Assembly: GCA_051294375.1 (NCBI GenBank)
Contig: CM119269.1
Location: 6,371,919-6,435,918, forward strand
Reading direction: 5' to 3'
Length of the DNA: 64,000 bases
From: Paraspadella gotoi
Lineage: Eukaryota; Animalia; Chaetognatha
A program made the translations under genes and the position numbers. Below are positions 51,787 to 64,000 of the stretch, piece by piece (the first letter of the stretch is position 1; the number at the start of each line of letters is the position of its first letter). The notes under the pieces were generated by a model. The model was not told the origin of the DNA. It searched no databases and saw nothing but the letters and a program-made list of their open reading frames with translations.

Positions 51787-52266
51787 AGGGGGGGGGGAGT
51801 AATTACGAAAGCTTTGAATATCGACTTAATTTTTTTGTAGTAATTTATCAACAAGATATGAGGGGTGGACATATAAACGGATAAAATGGTTTATAGCATC
51901 GAAGGAACGGAATCGAAATCAAATCGGAATTGAATCGGAATCGAATCGGAATCGAATCGGGATCGAATCGGATCGGCGACGCGAGTGATTTCAACCAAGG
52001 ACTCGATGATTGGATGAATCACCATCGGAATCTGACCAATGAGAAGAGGGGCTTCATGCCATCGGGAAAAGGAGCCCACGTCGCTGATCCGGTTACCCTG
52101 TATAAATAGGAAACGTTTTTGTATTGAATTCATTCTGTCTCACACCGTTCTTCGCTTGTTATATTTCTCAGAATAAATCCACTTTTGGTTTCATGTTGAA
52201 ATCTCTGTCTACTTACTTAAATGTGGTGGCAGCGGTGGGATTCGAACCCACGCCTCCGAAGAGACT
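51787..52266 (+). mobile_element. Putative LTR remnant: polypurine tract + ~420-bp LTR-like unit + tRNA-Leu PBS
   Basis: GAGGGGGGGGGG (51786-51797), AGTAA..TTACT inverted termini (51798/52217), CCAAT, TATAAATA (52101), TCATTC Inr-like (52130), AATAAA (52172), then TGGTGGCAGCGGTGGG (52224). Confidence 0.45.
52224..52266 (-). pseudogene. 3' half of tRNA-Leu including CCA end (retrocopy/extended PBS)
   Basis: Reverse complement AGTCTCTTCGGAGGCGTGGGTTCGAATCCCACCGCTGCCA-CCA = variable arm, T-arm, acceptor 3' strand and CCA of metazoan tRNA-Leu; the D-arm and anticodon are absent. Confidence 0.85.
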
Positions 52267-53012
52267 AAAATTATATATTATTTTTTTTTTCATTATCCTA
52301 TATTTAATCATATCCTTACTACTAAATATTATTTAATAAAGAAAACCATGATGTTTTCAATGATGTTTTGATGACGATTTCAATCACCGATTTTTTTTTA
52401 TGGCTACATACACTACGCCATGCTAACTTTCATCGTGTCCTATCTATCTAATAGTTAGGTAGTGATGTAAAAATGTGTTAACGTCAGCAAAGAGTGTAAC
52501 CCATATTTTAAAGATAGGCCAACTTATCTCCAAAGCAAAAAGGAGAATCAAAAGTATAGTAAAAAACAACCCTCTATTTCCGGCCATCCTTAAAGAAACT
52601 GAAGAAGAGAAGTCACAATCCCACAAATCTCCTCTCACGTTCTGCTATGATGAAGAATAAGTCCCTAATAATGTTTTTCGTTCGCTTTTTATTAACAAAT
52701 TAATTAACGATTAATTATTTACTAAAAGGTCATTTAGGCCGCAGAAAGCGTGCCCAGGGCCGTATCCGTAGATTCATTCATTCATTCATTCTCTATCTAT
52801 TCTAGGTAGAATGGATATGGTGAGTCGTTGAGCTTCACCACGGCACTTAGTGTTCGATCTCCAGTGGCATATCCCGGCTTTATTCGAATATCCGAAAAAT
52901 GGGAATTTTTTTGCTCCAAATTGATAACCGCAGGGATCCGGGCTGAAAGGTGAAAGAGCAATAAACATTTTTGAATTGGGTTGTTGCACTCAAGCTTTTA
53001 AATATTTAATAT

Positions 53013-53220
53013 ATGAAATTGGTACAACCAATATAAAAATTATCCATCCATTTAATAAATAAGCTATCTTGTCCCTGACTTTGGACAGGCTTTGGTGGTT
53101 TAAGGCCTCCATCACACTTGCAAGATAATAACATTTCTGCAAGCTTTTAATCAAGCCTCTCTCACAGACTTGTTTATTCACTCCCAGTGAACCTGGCTTC
53201 CCTATCAATGAAGTGGTATA
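53013..53220 (-). repeat. Dispersed repeat family copy 3
   Basis: Matches 23829-24075 reverse-complemented. Confidence 0.8.
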
Positions 53221-53502
53221 TAAAATATATAATAAATGACAAATATATTTTTTTTAATTTTTTTTTTTAAGAACGGATTCCTATAAAGCTTAAAAAGTTA
53301 AATAAAAGTTAGTACTATAATTTTTTTAAATTTTGACTATAAATTGGCTAAAAATAGAAAAAAAAACATAAAAAATCATCATCATCATTATCATTGGCTG
53401 AATTTTATGGTCTTTTAAAATTTTCATCAATAAAACGAAAACATTTTAAAAAGTTGAAATAAGAACCTTTATCTAACTTTTAAAGCTCAATAAGAATCTA
53501 TT

Positions 53503-53538
53503 AAAAACAAGTTTGAGCAAACAATGTCGGATCTGCCT
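53503..53538 (-). mobile_element. 3' terminus of a Helentron-like element
   Basis: Reverse strand GGCAGATCCGACATTGTTTGCTCAAACTTGTTTTT, identical to 63887-63919. Confidence 0.7.
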
Positions 53539-54398
53539 ATCGATTAATTAATTATTAATTAATTAGAATTAATTAATTAAGTTAATATGATTTAATATTA
53601 ATTTACAATTTACCTAATTTCAGCTTGTCAGTCAATCTGAGTTTTGGTTCTCTTAAAATTGAGACAAGTCATCGACAGTTATTAAATATGTTTTGTGTTT
53701 ACGTGTTTTTTCAGTTAGTAAAATCATTGTACAAATGAATCCTTCTATTTATCTTCGATGCGGCGCATGATGCCTGTGCGCTATAGTACGATCGTCGCGT
53801 TGGCTAGAATTTCTTTCCGGATTGACGTTTTTAGCTTTCGGTCAGCAGCATCCCGTTGTCTTGGTCATTCGCAAATTCTATGGCTTCTGCGAAGTGGTGC
53901 ATAATGCTATCACGTCGCTGGGGAGTTGGAAATTATCATAATTAGATGTTGTATTGGCGTATCTAAGTCATTCAGTTGATCGTACTCCATCCTTTAAAAT
54001 TCTCCATTCGTATGCGTCGTTCGTTCACGTACTAGTCTTAATATCTCGACGAGGCTTGTGTTGATCATTATAGTTTATATCGTTTTAGGTGGTCGAGTGA
54101 CAGTACACTCAGAGATTAAGTTCACGTTCTCTGTGTAAGATACAAGTTATATCGTTCGCTCTCGATTCTCGTCAACTCTCGCTACTCTCTCTCTTTCTTT
54201 TAAATATATGTCGCTCTCTCTCTTTCTCTTTTTCTCCGTCACTGCTTCTTCTGTATTTGTCTAAAAACGAGTTCCGGTCTCTGCAGCGTCTGTCCAGCTT
54301 CTTTCTCTCTCCCTCTCTCTCTCTCTCTTTCTTTTTTTTTTACAACAAATTTTTTAGATATAATGTGGGCTCACTAATGTAAAAAACGATGCCGCGAA

Positions 54399-54490
54399 AC
54401 AGGGTGCGAACTCGGGTCCTTTGGGTAGGAGAAGTGCTCACGCTAGTCCGGCGCCACAGGTACTGCTGATTTCATTAGCCGAGTAAAGGG
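54399..54490. mobile_element. Diverged single arm of the 21762-22011 MITE family
   Basis: CAGGGTGCGAACTCGGGTCCTTTGGGTAGGAG..CCGGCGCCACAGGTACTGCTGAT aligns by eye to 21898-21972. Confidence 0.6.
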
Positions 54491-55299
54491 CTGTAGAGCT
54501 TCTCTCTCTTTTAATTATTTATATTCGCTCTTTCTCTCTCTCTTTTCTCTGCAGCGGCTGTTCCTCTCTCCTCTTTCTCCTCTCTCTCTCTCTCTCTCTC
54601 TCTTGTCTCTCTGTGTGTGTCTGTCCCTCTCTGTCCGATCTCTTGCGTGATCGTTTTGTTTTTGAAAATTCTGATTATTTTTTTCGCTTTCTAAAATTTT
54701 TATTATTGCTCATTTTATTACGCCGCTTTTTTAATACAAAATCCCCATATTTTTCATGCCGAGATTTTTCGTGTTTTATTCTCTCTTTTCTTTCTCCCTC
54801 TTCTCTCTCTCTACTCTCCTCTTTCTCCTCCGTCTCTCCTCCTCTACTCTCTCTCTCCATACTTGTCCGAATTCAACACGCCACTTGTTGTACCATCTTA
54901 ATTGGCCAATATCCATACATTATGCCAAGGCGAACACCACCCATCCCAGGTCTGTGATGTTCCATCCACAGTCCTAATACTATCCCTCTGCTTTCGCCCA
55001 ATACCGAGACGTCTAGGTATACGGCTCAGTTGATCATGAAGGTCATGCCGAGGTCGTCAAGTCACTAATTACCATTCATCACATTATAACCTAATAATTA
55101 CTATTACATCAATAATTCGTTATCGCATAGATTCATATTCGTTTTTTTCCGGGGGTTTTTGTCATTAATTTTCTTTGATTAGTGGGCTCTGGCTTCGATC
55201 TTGAGTCTTTTAAGATTTTTTTATTTTATGTCTCCTTCTCTCTCTCTCACTCTGTCTCTCTCTCTCATCGATCTCTTCTCTCTACTTTTCTCTCTCATT

Positions 55300-56352
55300 T
55301 TTAACTGTTGCATAATTTTTTACACTTGCATTCCGTCAAAACTTTATATCTAGCTTTCATCACTTTCCTACCGGCTCACAAAATTTCATCTCAATCTATC
55401 ATGGGTTAAAATAAATAAAAAGATTCCAGTAAATGTGACTCATATTTTTTCATTTAAACTCATTTCCACTGTACGTTTCCACTGAAACTTATATAATCAG
55501 CTTCTCACACATTTTCCTACCCAACACACAAAATTTCCAACTCAATCTATCCATTCCAATTATGATTAGAGTATTTATTGGTTAAAAAATTAAGAAAAGA
55601 TTTTAGTAAATTCGACTTATGTTTTTCTATTTAAACTAATTTCCACTCACACGATTCCATCGAAACTTTATATCCAGCATTATCCAACACTTTCCTACAT
55701 ACCCACACACAAAATTAATTCCAATCCAACCAGCCAATCACGATGTTATTGGAGCTTTTTGCTAAGATGGGACGGATGGACGGATTGATTGACTAATTAA
55801 ATTAATTAGATTAATTTATTTACTAATGATTAATTAACTGATTAATTATTTGATTTATTAATACATCCTGTATATAACATTTAATATAAAAGGAAAAAGA
55901 AGCATAATCAATTAGTAAAACAGGTTTTTTGTTTTTTTCCATTTAAAACCTCATTTCCTCTCAACTATTCCATCGAAACTTGAATTCCTGTTCAAGCACA
56001 CAGTGTACCTACAGCAGGTCTACCAATCAACTTAGATCGTCAATAGCCTTCCACTACATTCAGGTCATCTCACAAGCAATTTGGTTGTTCAAATAGTGAA
56101 TATATTTTTTTGGTTTTTTTCCATTTAAACTCATTTCCACTCGGACGATTCCATCGAAACTTCATATTCCAGCTTCAATCAACACACTTACCTACCACAC
56201 ACAAAATTTTTAATCATCCATATCCAATCACGAGTAATTGGATGTTTTTTGCTAAGGTGGGACGGCGGACGGACGGACGGACGGACGACACACCGGTACG
56301 GACGGACGACGGAGACGGACCGACGGACGAGACGTGATTAGAGCGGGATCTG
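55300..56352 (-). mobile_element. DINE-1/Helentron-like element body (degraded)
   Basis: (GGAC)n tract and repeated TTTAAACTCATTTCCACT..TTCCATCGAAACTT subunits as in the other copies. Confidence 0.6.
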
Positions 56353-56514
56353 GATAGCGGACGGAGATCGGACAATGTAACGGAAACACGACAGATTTCA
56401 ATCTTAATATAGTAATGAAATAAATTTTAAATGCCTTCCGTGCGTTTATCAATAGATACATTTTAAAATTAATTTTCATTTTCCATATTCTCTAACAGTC
56501 ACTTGATAATTATC

Positions 56515-56743
56515 TATGAAATGGTAGCAACACAATATAAAAATTATCATCATCATTAATAAATAAGCTATCTTGCCCCTGACTTTGGACAGGCTTTGGT
56601 GGTTTAAGGCCTCCATCACTCTTACAAGATAATGACATAGCAGGTCCCTGCAAGCTTCAATCAAGACTCTCTCTCAACAGTCTCGTTATTCACTCCAGAG
56701 TACCTGGCTCCCTATCAATGAAGTGGAAAATATTTCAAAGAAT
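56515..56743 (-). repeat. Dispersed repeat family copy 4
   Basis: Matches 23829-24075 reverse-complemented. Confidence 0.8.
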
Positions 56744-56796
56744 ATTTGAGAGAACTTCCAGTTTTCAACCTGTTCTGGCCTATAGCTATAGCTCAC

Positions 56797-57790
56797 CTCT
56801 GAAGTACATACACAATTCCGGGTCTTGATTGACAATTCACAAAGTAATGGTTGATGTAAAAATTTCGACTGCCGGAAATGATAAAGGTATTAAAGAGAAT
56901 GGCCAGAAAACTTGATCGAAATCATTAATTACTTCGAGTGTCCTTTCATGCTCCAGGAATCATATTTAAAGCCGGGAGGTAACGTCGGGACCCCGCGTCC
57001 CTCACAAACACTCTGTCTAAGTCAACCAGTTGATGGCGTCGCTCCCGTCCATTGAAATAGATGTCCACGGCCGGTTTGTAGATTGAGTCAACAACTTTTT
57101 TCCATAACGTGAAGCGAACCTATATCACGTAAATCAAGATTTTTTATTTGGTTTCAAAAAGAACAAGAATTCTAGGGTGTTGCACCAAAGTAACTTTCTT
57201 TCAAATTTATTTTCAGGTAATTATGTCATTACCATTTCCTACCCTGCATTGGAATACTATCTTTTATCTTTATATAATTTTTTTTAAAAACAAAAGGTAG
57301 CAGTCGCTTAGATTCGAACTGTGTCAGCATTATTAATAAAAAAAAAATAAACAAAATATTTTTAAGCGCTAATAGGGCAGACTGAAAAACATGTCAATTA
57401 ATAAAAACAAGGGCTAACAAATCCTACCACTCCTCCATTCGCGAATGTTTTTTTCCAGTTAGCAAAGGTATCATGGTCGATAAAACTGCCTGTCGGGTCA
57501 AAGGAATTTCCCGATCCCGGTTTGCTCTCGCTTGCCGCTAATTAATTTTTAAAAAAAAATCAGAGTAAAGGTATTATATATCTCTTTTTCTTTTCTTATG
57601 TCGTTTACTGTTTTACTCTCTGTCCAAATATCTAGACCTTATTATGCAATTTTTCAAGTAAAGTACCTTTTAAAACGATTCTAAAAATTAAAGCCTATTT
57701 AAGTATTCATTCACCCAAGATTTCGTTGTATATGTGCACTCCGCTTCCGGATTCAACCTTCGCCACGAAAACGCGAAACGGCGCATTGCA
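56797..57790 (-). pseudogene. Degraded exons of an uncharacterised invertebrate protein domain
   Basis: Exon-like pieces ~57790-57715 (VFVAKVESGSGVHIYNEIL|gtga), ~57535-57428 (SFIDHDTFANWKKTFANGGV|gtag), 57119-56797 (VRFTLWKKVVDSIYKPAVDIYFNG..SDAINW..DRV..FNTFIISGSRNFYINHYFVNC|gtgag); contains frameshifts and stops. Confidence 0.4.
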
Positions 57791-57814
57791 ACTTTTACAA
57801 TTAATGATTTGGAA

Positions 57815-60800
57815 AAATTTAAAAAATATTCCAATTGTAAACAATTGTAACATTATTCTGCCTTTTTTATTTTATTTCTTTAATTATATATGTATTTTTC
57901 TTTCTTTTTTTTTAACAGGCGCTGCCTTTTCTGAATCGTTTAAAAACGATTCAGTCTCTTCTTCTGCTCCACATTCTCCTGACCTCTCGTGTGTGCGGTC
58001 CTCTCTCGTGGGTGTTATCGATTCTCTTGCGTGACTTTGTTATCTTTTTAAAAAAATTAGTATTTTTATGTTTCTTTCTTAAAAAAATTTTTTGATCAGC
58101 GTGCCTTTTTCGAAGTTGTGTTTAAAACGAGTGTCAGGCTATCTCTCTATTATCCTCTCTCTTCTCCGTCTCTCTACTCTTCCCGTTCAATACTCCTCCG
58201 TCTAGTTTCCACTCTCTCTGCTGTCTCTCTCCATTTCCTCCCCATCTCTCTCTGTCTCTCTCTGTGTGTGTCTCTTCTTGTAGAATCTTGCGTGATCGAT
58301 TGTTTTTAGTCGGATCTGCTTTCACAAGATCCCGATGGTAAATTCACTTGTCGCACGTCGTCCGGTCAGCCCTCAATTGTCGGGCACTTAACTTATCAAT
58401 TGTCAAACCATCGAATTATGATATAATATGCAAAAAAAATTGATGTCCATGCCGTACCGCCGTCTCCGTCGTCCGCCCACCTTAGCCAAAAAACTCCAAT
58501 ACTCGTGATTGGATGGATGGATTGGAATGAAAATTTTGATGTTTGGTAGGGGAGTGTGTGATTGAGCTGGATATGAAGTTCGATGAATTCGTGCAGTGGA
58601 AATAGTTTAAATGGAAAAACAAAAAAATAGTATTTCACTTATTGAACACCAATTGCTCATGAGTGGATGGGGCGGATTGGCTGGAATTTATATGTGGTAG
58701 GAAAGGTGTTGATTGAACATGGAAATCAAGTTTCGATGAATCGTTTGAGTGGAAATGAGTTTAAAAATGGAAAAAACACAAAAACTGTTCACTAATTGAT
58801 TATGCTTTCTTTTTCACTTTTATCATAAATGTATACTGCAGGATGTATTAATAAAATCAAATAATTATCAGTTAATTAATCAATTAGTCAATTAATTAAT
58901 CTATAATTCATTATCAGCTAGATATTAAAGTCTTGCGGAATTGTGCCAGGTGGAAATGAGCTTTAAATGGAAAAAACATAAGTACATTTACTTGAATCTT
59001 TTATATTTATGATTATAATAAAATGTTTAAATTAATTTATGTTGGACAAAATGTTTGCAATTTAATAAAATGATGCAAGTTGAAAAATGATGCAGTTGAA
59101 AAATCTTAAAAGCATAGGATCGGTCAGACAATTGCACCAATTGGCGAGAGAGAAGAGAGAGGAGAGAGAGAAAGAGAGAAGAGAGAGAGAGAGGAAAAAA
59201 AAAGAAAATTGACAACTTGATGTTGCAACTAGCAAAATGATAACATGACGAAGCGATGCATAATTTTACGAGTTCAATCGCAAATTCAATTTTTTTAAAC
59301 CAAACGCACGAGGAGAGAGAGAAGAGGAGAGAAGAGAATCGTTTTCGACGGAATCAGCAGCGGCACAGCAGAGACAGCCAGAAAAAAAGAACGAAATCAA
59401 AAAGCACAGCAGAAGCACATGAGAAGAAAGAGAAAGAAAGCCTTCTGCCAGACCGTTTTTCCCGATGAATCACACTGGGAAAAAGGGCAGAGAGATAGCT
59501 TACATATAATTAAAAGAGAAAAATCATGTTAATTAATAATAATTAATCAGTCAGATTATCAATCAATTATTTGATTTCCAATCAATCTATTTATTTACTA
59601 TTAATTAATTATTTAATCAATCAATTCATTTATTCTATTATCTTTGATTATTCAATCAAATCAATCAAGTCCAATCGTTATCGCATTTTCTCATCGCGTC
59701 ATTGCTTTTGTCAATGGTTATTGACGAAAATACCTAAAACAAACATTTCAAATCAATTTATATACTAATTGCCTAATTAATTGCTCATGAGTCGGAATGG
59801 GGCAATGACCTAGAATCTTGTCATGTGGGTGGAAAGTGTGTGATTGAACAGGAAACAACATGATGGAATCGTTTGAGTGAAATGAGTTTAATGGAAAAAA
59901 CAAAAAATTGATTATGCTTCTTTTCCTTTATTTAAATGATATTTTGCAGGATGTATTAAAAATCAAATAATAATAACAGTTATGTAAATAAATTAGTCTA
60001 TTAACGAAATTAATTAATCAGTCAATTAATCCGTCTATTTCGTCCCACCTTAGCAAAAAGCTCCAATAACTCGTGATGGCTGGTGGTATGGACATTAATA
60101 TTTGTGTGTGGTAGGACAGTGTGAGATGAAGCTGGATATAAAGTTTCGATGGAATCGGCGAGTTGGAAATGAGTTTTAAAATGAAAAAAATAGAGTCACA
60201 TTTAACTTCGGAATCTATTTTATTTATATTTGAACCAGATACATATGAGATGATAATTTGTGAGCCGGTAGGAAAGTGTGAGAAGAAAGCCAGATATAAA
60301 GTTTTGACGGAATTGTAGGCAAGTGGAAATGAATTTAAATGAATTAATGATACTAATAAATGTTTTTAATTAATTAATTAATTAAATAATGAAAAAAATA
60401 GCAATTTAAAAAAAATTATGCAAGTTGAAAAAATGTGATGCAAGTTGAAAAAATGATTGCAAGTTGAAAGAATTGAATGAAGTTTGAAAAAAATGATGCA
60501 ATGAAAAAAATGATGCAAATTGAAAAATGATGAAAAATGAAATTGATGCAAGTGAAAAATTGATGCAAGTTAAAAAATCTAAAAGCAAATCGGTCGAATT
60601 GCATTAAAAAAAGAGAGAGAGAAAGAGAGAAGAAAGGACATTAGAATAAAATATTAAATGTATTTTGATTATTAATTAAAATTTAATTAATTAATGAAAT
60701 TAATACATAATTAGTTTTTAATATTTAATAATTAATAATAATTAATTAATGTAAATAAATAATTTAAAATAATTAATTATTTAATATATTATTTATAATA

Positions 60801-60860
60801 ATTAATTAATCAATTAATAATTAATTATAATTATTAATTAAAAATAATTAATAAATCCCT
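57815..60860 (+). repeat. Error-rich tandem duplicate of 60886-63880 (includes Helentron-like copy starting 58303)
   Basis: Collinear with the block after the N-gap 60861-60885; many 1-nt indels. Confidence 0.8.
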
Positions 60861-61362
60861 NNNNNNNNNNNNNNNNNNNNNNNNNAAAATTGTAACAATT
60901 TCCAATTGTAAACAATTGTAACATTATTTGCCTTTCTTTTATTTTATTCTTTAAATTATATATATATTTTTCTTTCTTTTTTTTATCAGGCGCTGCCTTT
61001 TCTGAATCGTTTAAAAACGAGTTCAGGCTCTCTCTCTCCGACTCTCTCCGTCCCTCTCTGTGTGTGTCTGTCTCTCTCTGTACGATCTCTTGCGTGATCG
61101 TTCGTTTTTTAAAAAATTCTGATTATTTTTTTCTTTCTAAAAAAATTTTTTTATCAGGCGTTGCCTTTTCTGAATCGTTTAAAAACGAGTTCAGGCTCTC
61201 TCTCTCTCTATCTCTCTCTCTCTCCGTCTCTCTCTCTCTCTCCGTCTCTCTCCGTCTATCTCCTCTCTCTCTGTCTCTCTCCATCTCTCTCTGTCTCTCT
61301 CCATCTCTCTCTGTCTCTCTCTGTGTGTGTCTCTCTCTGTAGATCTCTTGCGTGATCGTTCG

Positions 61363-62353
61363 TTTTTAGTCGGATCTGCTTATCAGCAGATCCCGACTGT
61401 ATAATTCACTTTGTCGACGTCGTCGGTCCGCCCCCTCATATTTGTCCGGCACTAACTTATATCATTGTCAGAACATCGAATTATGATAAATTATGCAAAA
61501 AAATTGATGTCCATCCGTCCGTCCGTCCGTCCCGTCGTCCGTCCCACCTTAGCAAAAAACTCCAATTACTTCGTGATTGGATGGATGGATTGGAATGAAA
61601 TTTTGTGTGTGGGTAGGGAGTGTGTGATTGAGCTGGATATGAAGTTTCGATGGAATCGTGCGAGATGGAAATAAGTTTAAATGGAAAAAAAACAAAAAAT
61701 ATATTTCACTATTGAACACAATTGCTCATGAGTGGATGGGGCGATTTGGCCTGGAATTTTATATGTGGGTAGGAAAGGTGTGATTGAACAGGAAATCAAG
61801 TTTCGATGGAATCGTTTGAGTGGAAATGAGTTTAAATGGAAAAAAAACAAAAACCTGTTTCACTAATTGATTATGCTTCTTTTCCTTTTATATTAAATGT
61901 ATATGCAGGATGTATTAATAAATCAAATAATTAATCAGTTATTAATCAATTAGTCAATTAATTAATCATAAGTTCATTAATCAGCTAGATATAAAGTTTT
62001 GACGGAATTGTGCAGTGGAAATGAGTTTAAATGGAAAAAACATAAGTCACATTTACTTGAATCTTTATGATTTATGATTACTATAAATGTTTTAATTAAT
62101 TAATTGGAAAAATGTTGCAATTTATAAAATGATGCAAGTGAAAAATGATGCAAGTTAAAAAATCTTAAAAGCATAAGGATCGTCGCAATTGCACAATTGC
62201 AGAGAGAGAGAGAGAGAGAGAAGAAGAGAGAGAGGAGAGAGGGAAAAAAAAGGAAATTGAAACTTGATGTTGCAATAGCAAAATGATAACATGCACGAAT
62301 GCGATGCATAATTTTACGAGTTCAATCCAAATTCAATTTTTTTAACAAAAAGC

Positions 62354-62392
<39 letters not shown>

Positions 62393-63919
62393 GTTTTCGA
62401 CGAATCAGCAGCGGCAGCAGCAGAGACAGCCAAGAAAAAAAGAAAGAAATCAAAAAAGGCAGCAGCAGAAGCAGCAGGAGAAAGAGAGAAAAAGCCTTCT
62501 GGCAGACTCGTTTTTTTCCCGATGAATCAGCACTGGGAAAAAGGGAGAGAGATAGCTACATATAATTAAAGAGAAAAATCAGTTAATTAATTAATAATTA
62601 ATTAATCAGTCAATTTATCAATCAATTATTTATTCAATCAATCATTTATTTCTATTAATTAATTATTTAATCAATCAATTCATTTATCTATTATTTGATT
62701 ATTCAATCAATCAATCAAGTCAATCGTTATCGGCATTATTCTCATCGTCGTCATTGCTTTTGTCATGGTTATTGACGAAAATACCTAAAACAAACATTTC
62801 AAATCAAATTAATTAACTAATTGCCTAATTAATTGCTCATGAGTGGATGGGGCAAGACCTGTGTGGGTAGGGGAAAGTGTGTGATTGAACAGGAAAACAA
62901 TTTCGATGGAATCGTTTGAGTGGAAATGAGTTTAAATGGAAAAAACAAAAAAATTGATTATGCTTCTTTTTCCTTTTATATTAAATGTATTGCAGGATGT
63001 ATTATAAAATTAATTATAAATATATATAATATAGAATCAATTAATCGATAATTAATTAATCAGTCAATTAATCCGTCCATCCGTCCCACCTTAGCAAAAA
63101 GCTCCAATAACTCGTGATTGGCTGGTTGGATTGGAATTAAATTTTGTGTGTGGTAGGACAGTGTGAGATGAAGCTGGATATAAAGTTTCGATGGAATCGT
63201 GCGAGTGGAAATGAGTTTAAATGAAAAAATATGAGTCACATTTACTCTGAATCTTTTTATTTATTTTAACCCATGATAGATTGAGATGAATTTTGTGAGC
63301 CGGTAGGAAAGTGTGAGAAGAAGCCAGATATAAAGTTTTGACGGAATTGTGCAAGTGGAAATGAGTTTAAATGGAATTAATGATTACTAATAAATGTTTT
63401 AATTAATTAATTAATTAATTAATGTGAAAAAATGATGCAATTTAAAAAAAATTATGCAAGTTGAAAAAATGATGCAAGTTGAAAAAATGATGCAAGTTGA
63501 AAGAATGATGAAAGTTGAAAAAATGATGCAAATTTGAAAAATGATTGCAAATTGAAAAAATGATGCAAGAAATGATAAAAATTGATGCAAGTTAAAAAAA
63601 TCTAAAAGCAATCGTCGCGAATTGCATAAAAAAGAGAGCAGAGAAGAGAGAGAAAGAGACATAAAATAAAATATAATTAATTATTATTAATTAATTAAAA
63701 ATTTATTAATTAATAAATTAATAATAATTATTTATTAATAATTAATAATTAATTAATAATTAATTAATTAATTAATTTAAAATTAATTAATTATTTAATA
63801 ATAATTATTTAATAATAATTAATTAATAATTAATAATTAATTAATAATTAATTAATTAAAAAATAATTAATTAATTAATTATCGTAGGCAGATCCGACAT
63901 TGTTTGCTCAAACTTGTTT
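61363..63919 (+). mobile_element. Full-length-looking DINE-1/Helentron-like (HINE) non-autonomous element, ~2.56 kb
   Basis: 5' TTTTT-AGTCGGATCTGCT-tatc-AGCAGATCCCGACT hairpin; (GTCC)n at ~61510; internal tandem subrepeats and an 18-bp AAAAAATGATGCAAGTTG array; 3' sub-TIR GCAGATCCGAC + stem-loop GTTTG-CT-CAAAC + TTGTTT; no ORF. Confidence 0.72.
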
Positions 63920-64000
63920 CCTCTATAATTCACTTTGTCGGTCTGTCAGTTCGCCCCTCGATCTTGTTGGGAATTAACTTAAATCATGTCATAACATTAA

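Noticed and set aside
52224-52266. Functional tRNA-Leu gene
   Set aside because: 5' half (A box, D arm, anticodon) is missing and CCA is encoded.
53740-54000. Minus-strand coding-like stretch (MEYDQLNDLDTPIQHLIMIISNSQRRDSIMHHFAEAIEF)
   Set aside because: Short, interrupted by stops, no recognisable family, in a low-quality region.

Overview
Animal (invertebrate) nuclear DNA with many short GT-AG introns. 0-15 kb is a tightly packed + strand cluster: a TDRD5/Tejas-like LOTUS+Tudor piRNA-pathway gene (14 exons, ~1524 aa), a zinc-finger/SR-repeat gene and a beta-tubulin. 15.8-36.5 kb holds a - strand Dpr/ZIG-8-like two-Ig-domain gene that the ORF track mostly misses because its exons are short. 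It has a long inter-Ig linker, and one intron contains a 53-aa Lys/Arg/Cys-rich two-exon ORF. A mu-class GST lies upstream. Two tandem duplications (~27.0-33.05/33.08-39.5 kb and ~57.8-60.9/60.9-63.9 kb) each flank an N-gap and are full of 1-nt indels, so they are probably uncollapsed haplotype or contig-end artefacts. 40-64 kb is mostly repeats: microsatellites, a Tc1/mariner MITE, DINE-1/Helentron-like non-autonomous elements, a PPT-LTR-like-PBS unit with a 43-nt tRNA-Leu(+CCA) complement, and degraded exons. Two TGT..ACA MITEs with 4-bp TSDs (Ginger-like) were found, one with tRNA/SINE-like arms. All gene models were spliced by hand and no database searches were run. I do not see firm evidence of a wholly new system; the best leads are listed as findings.
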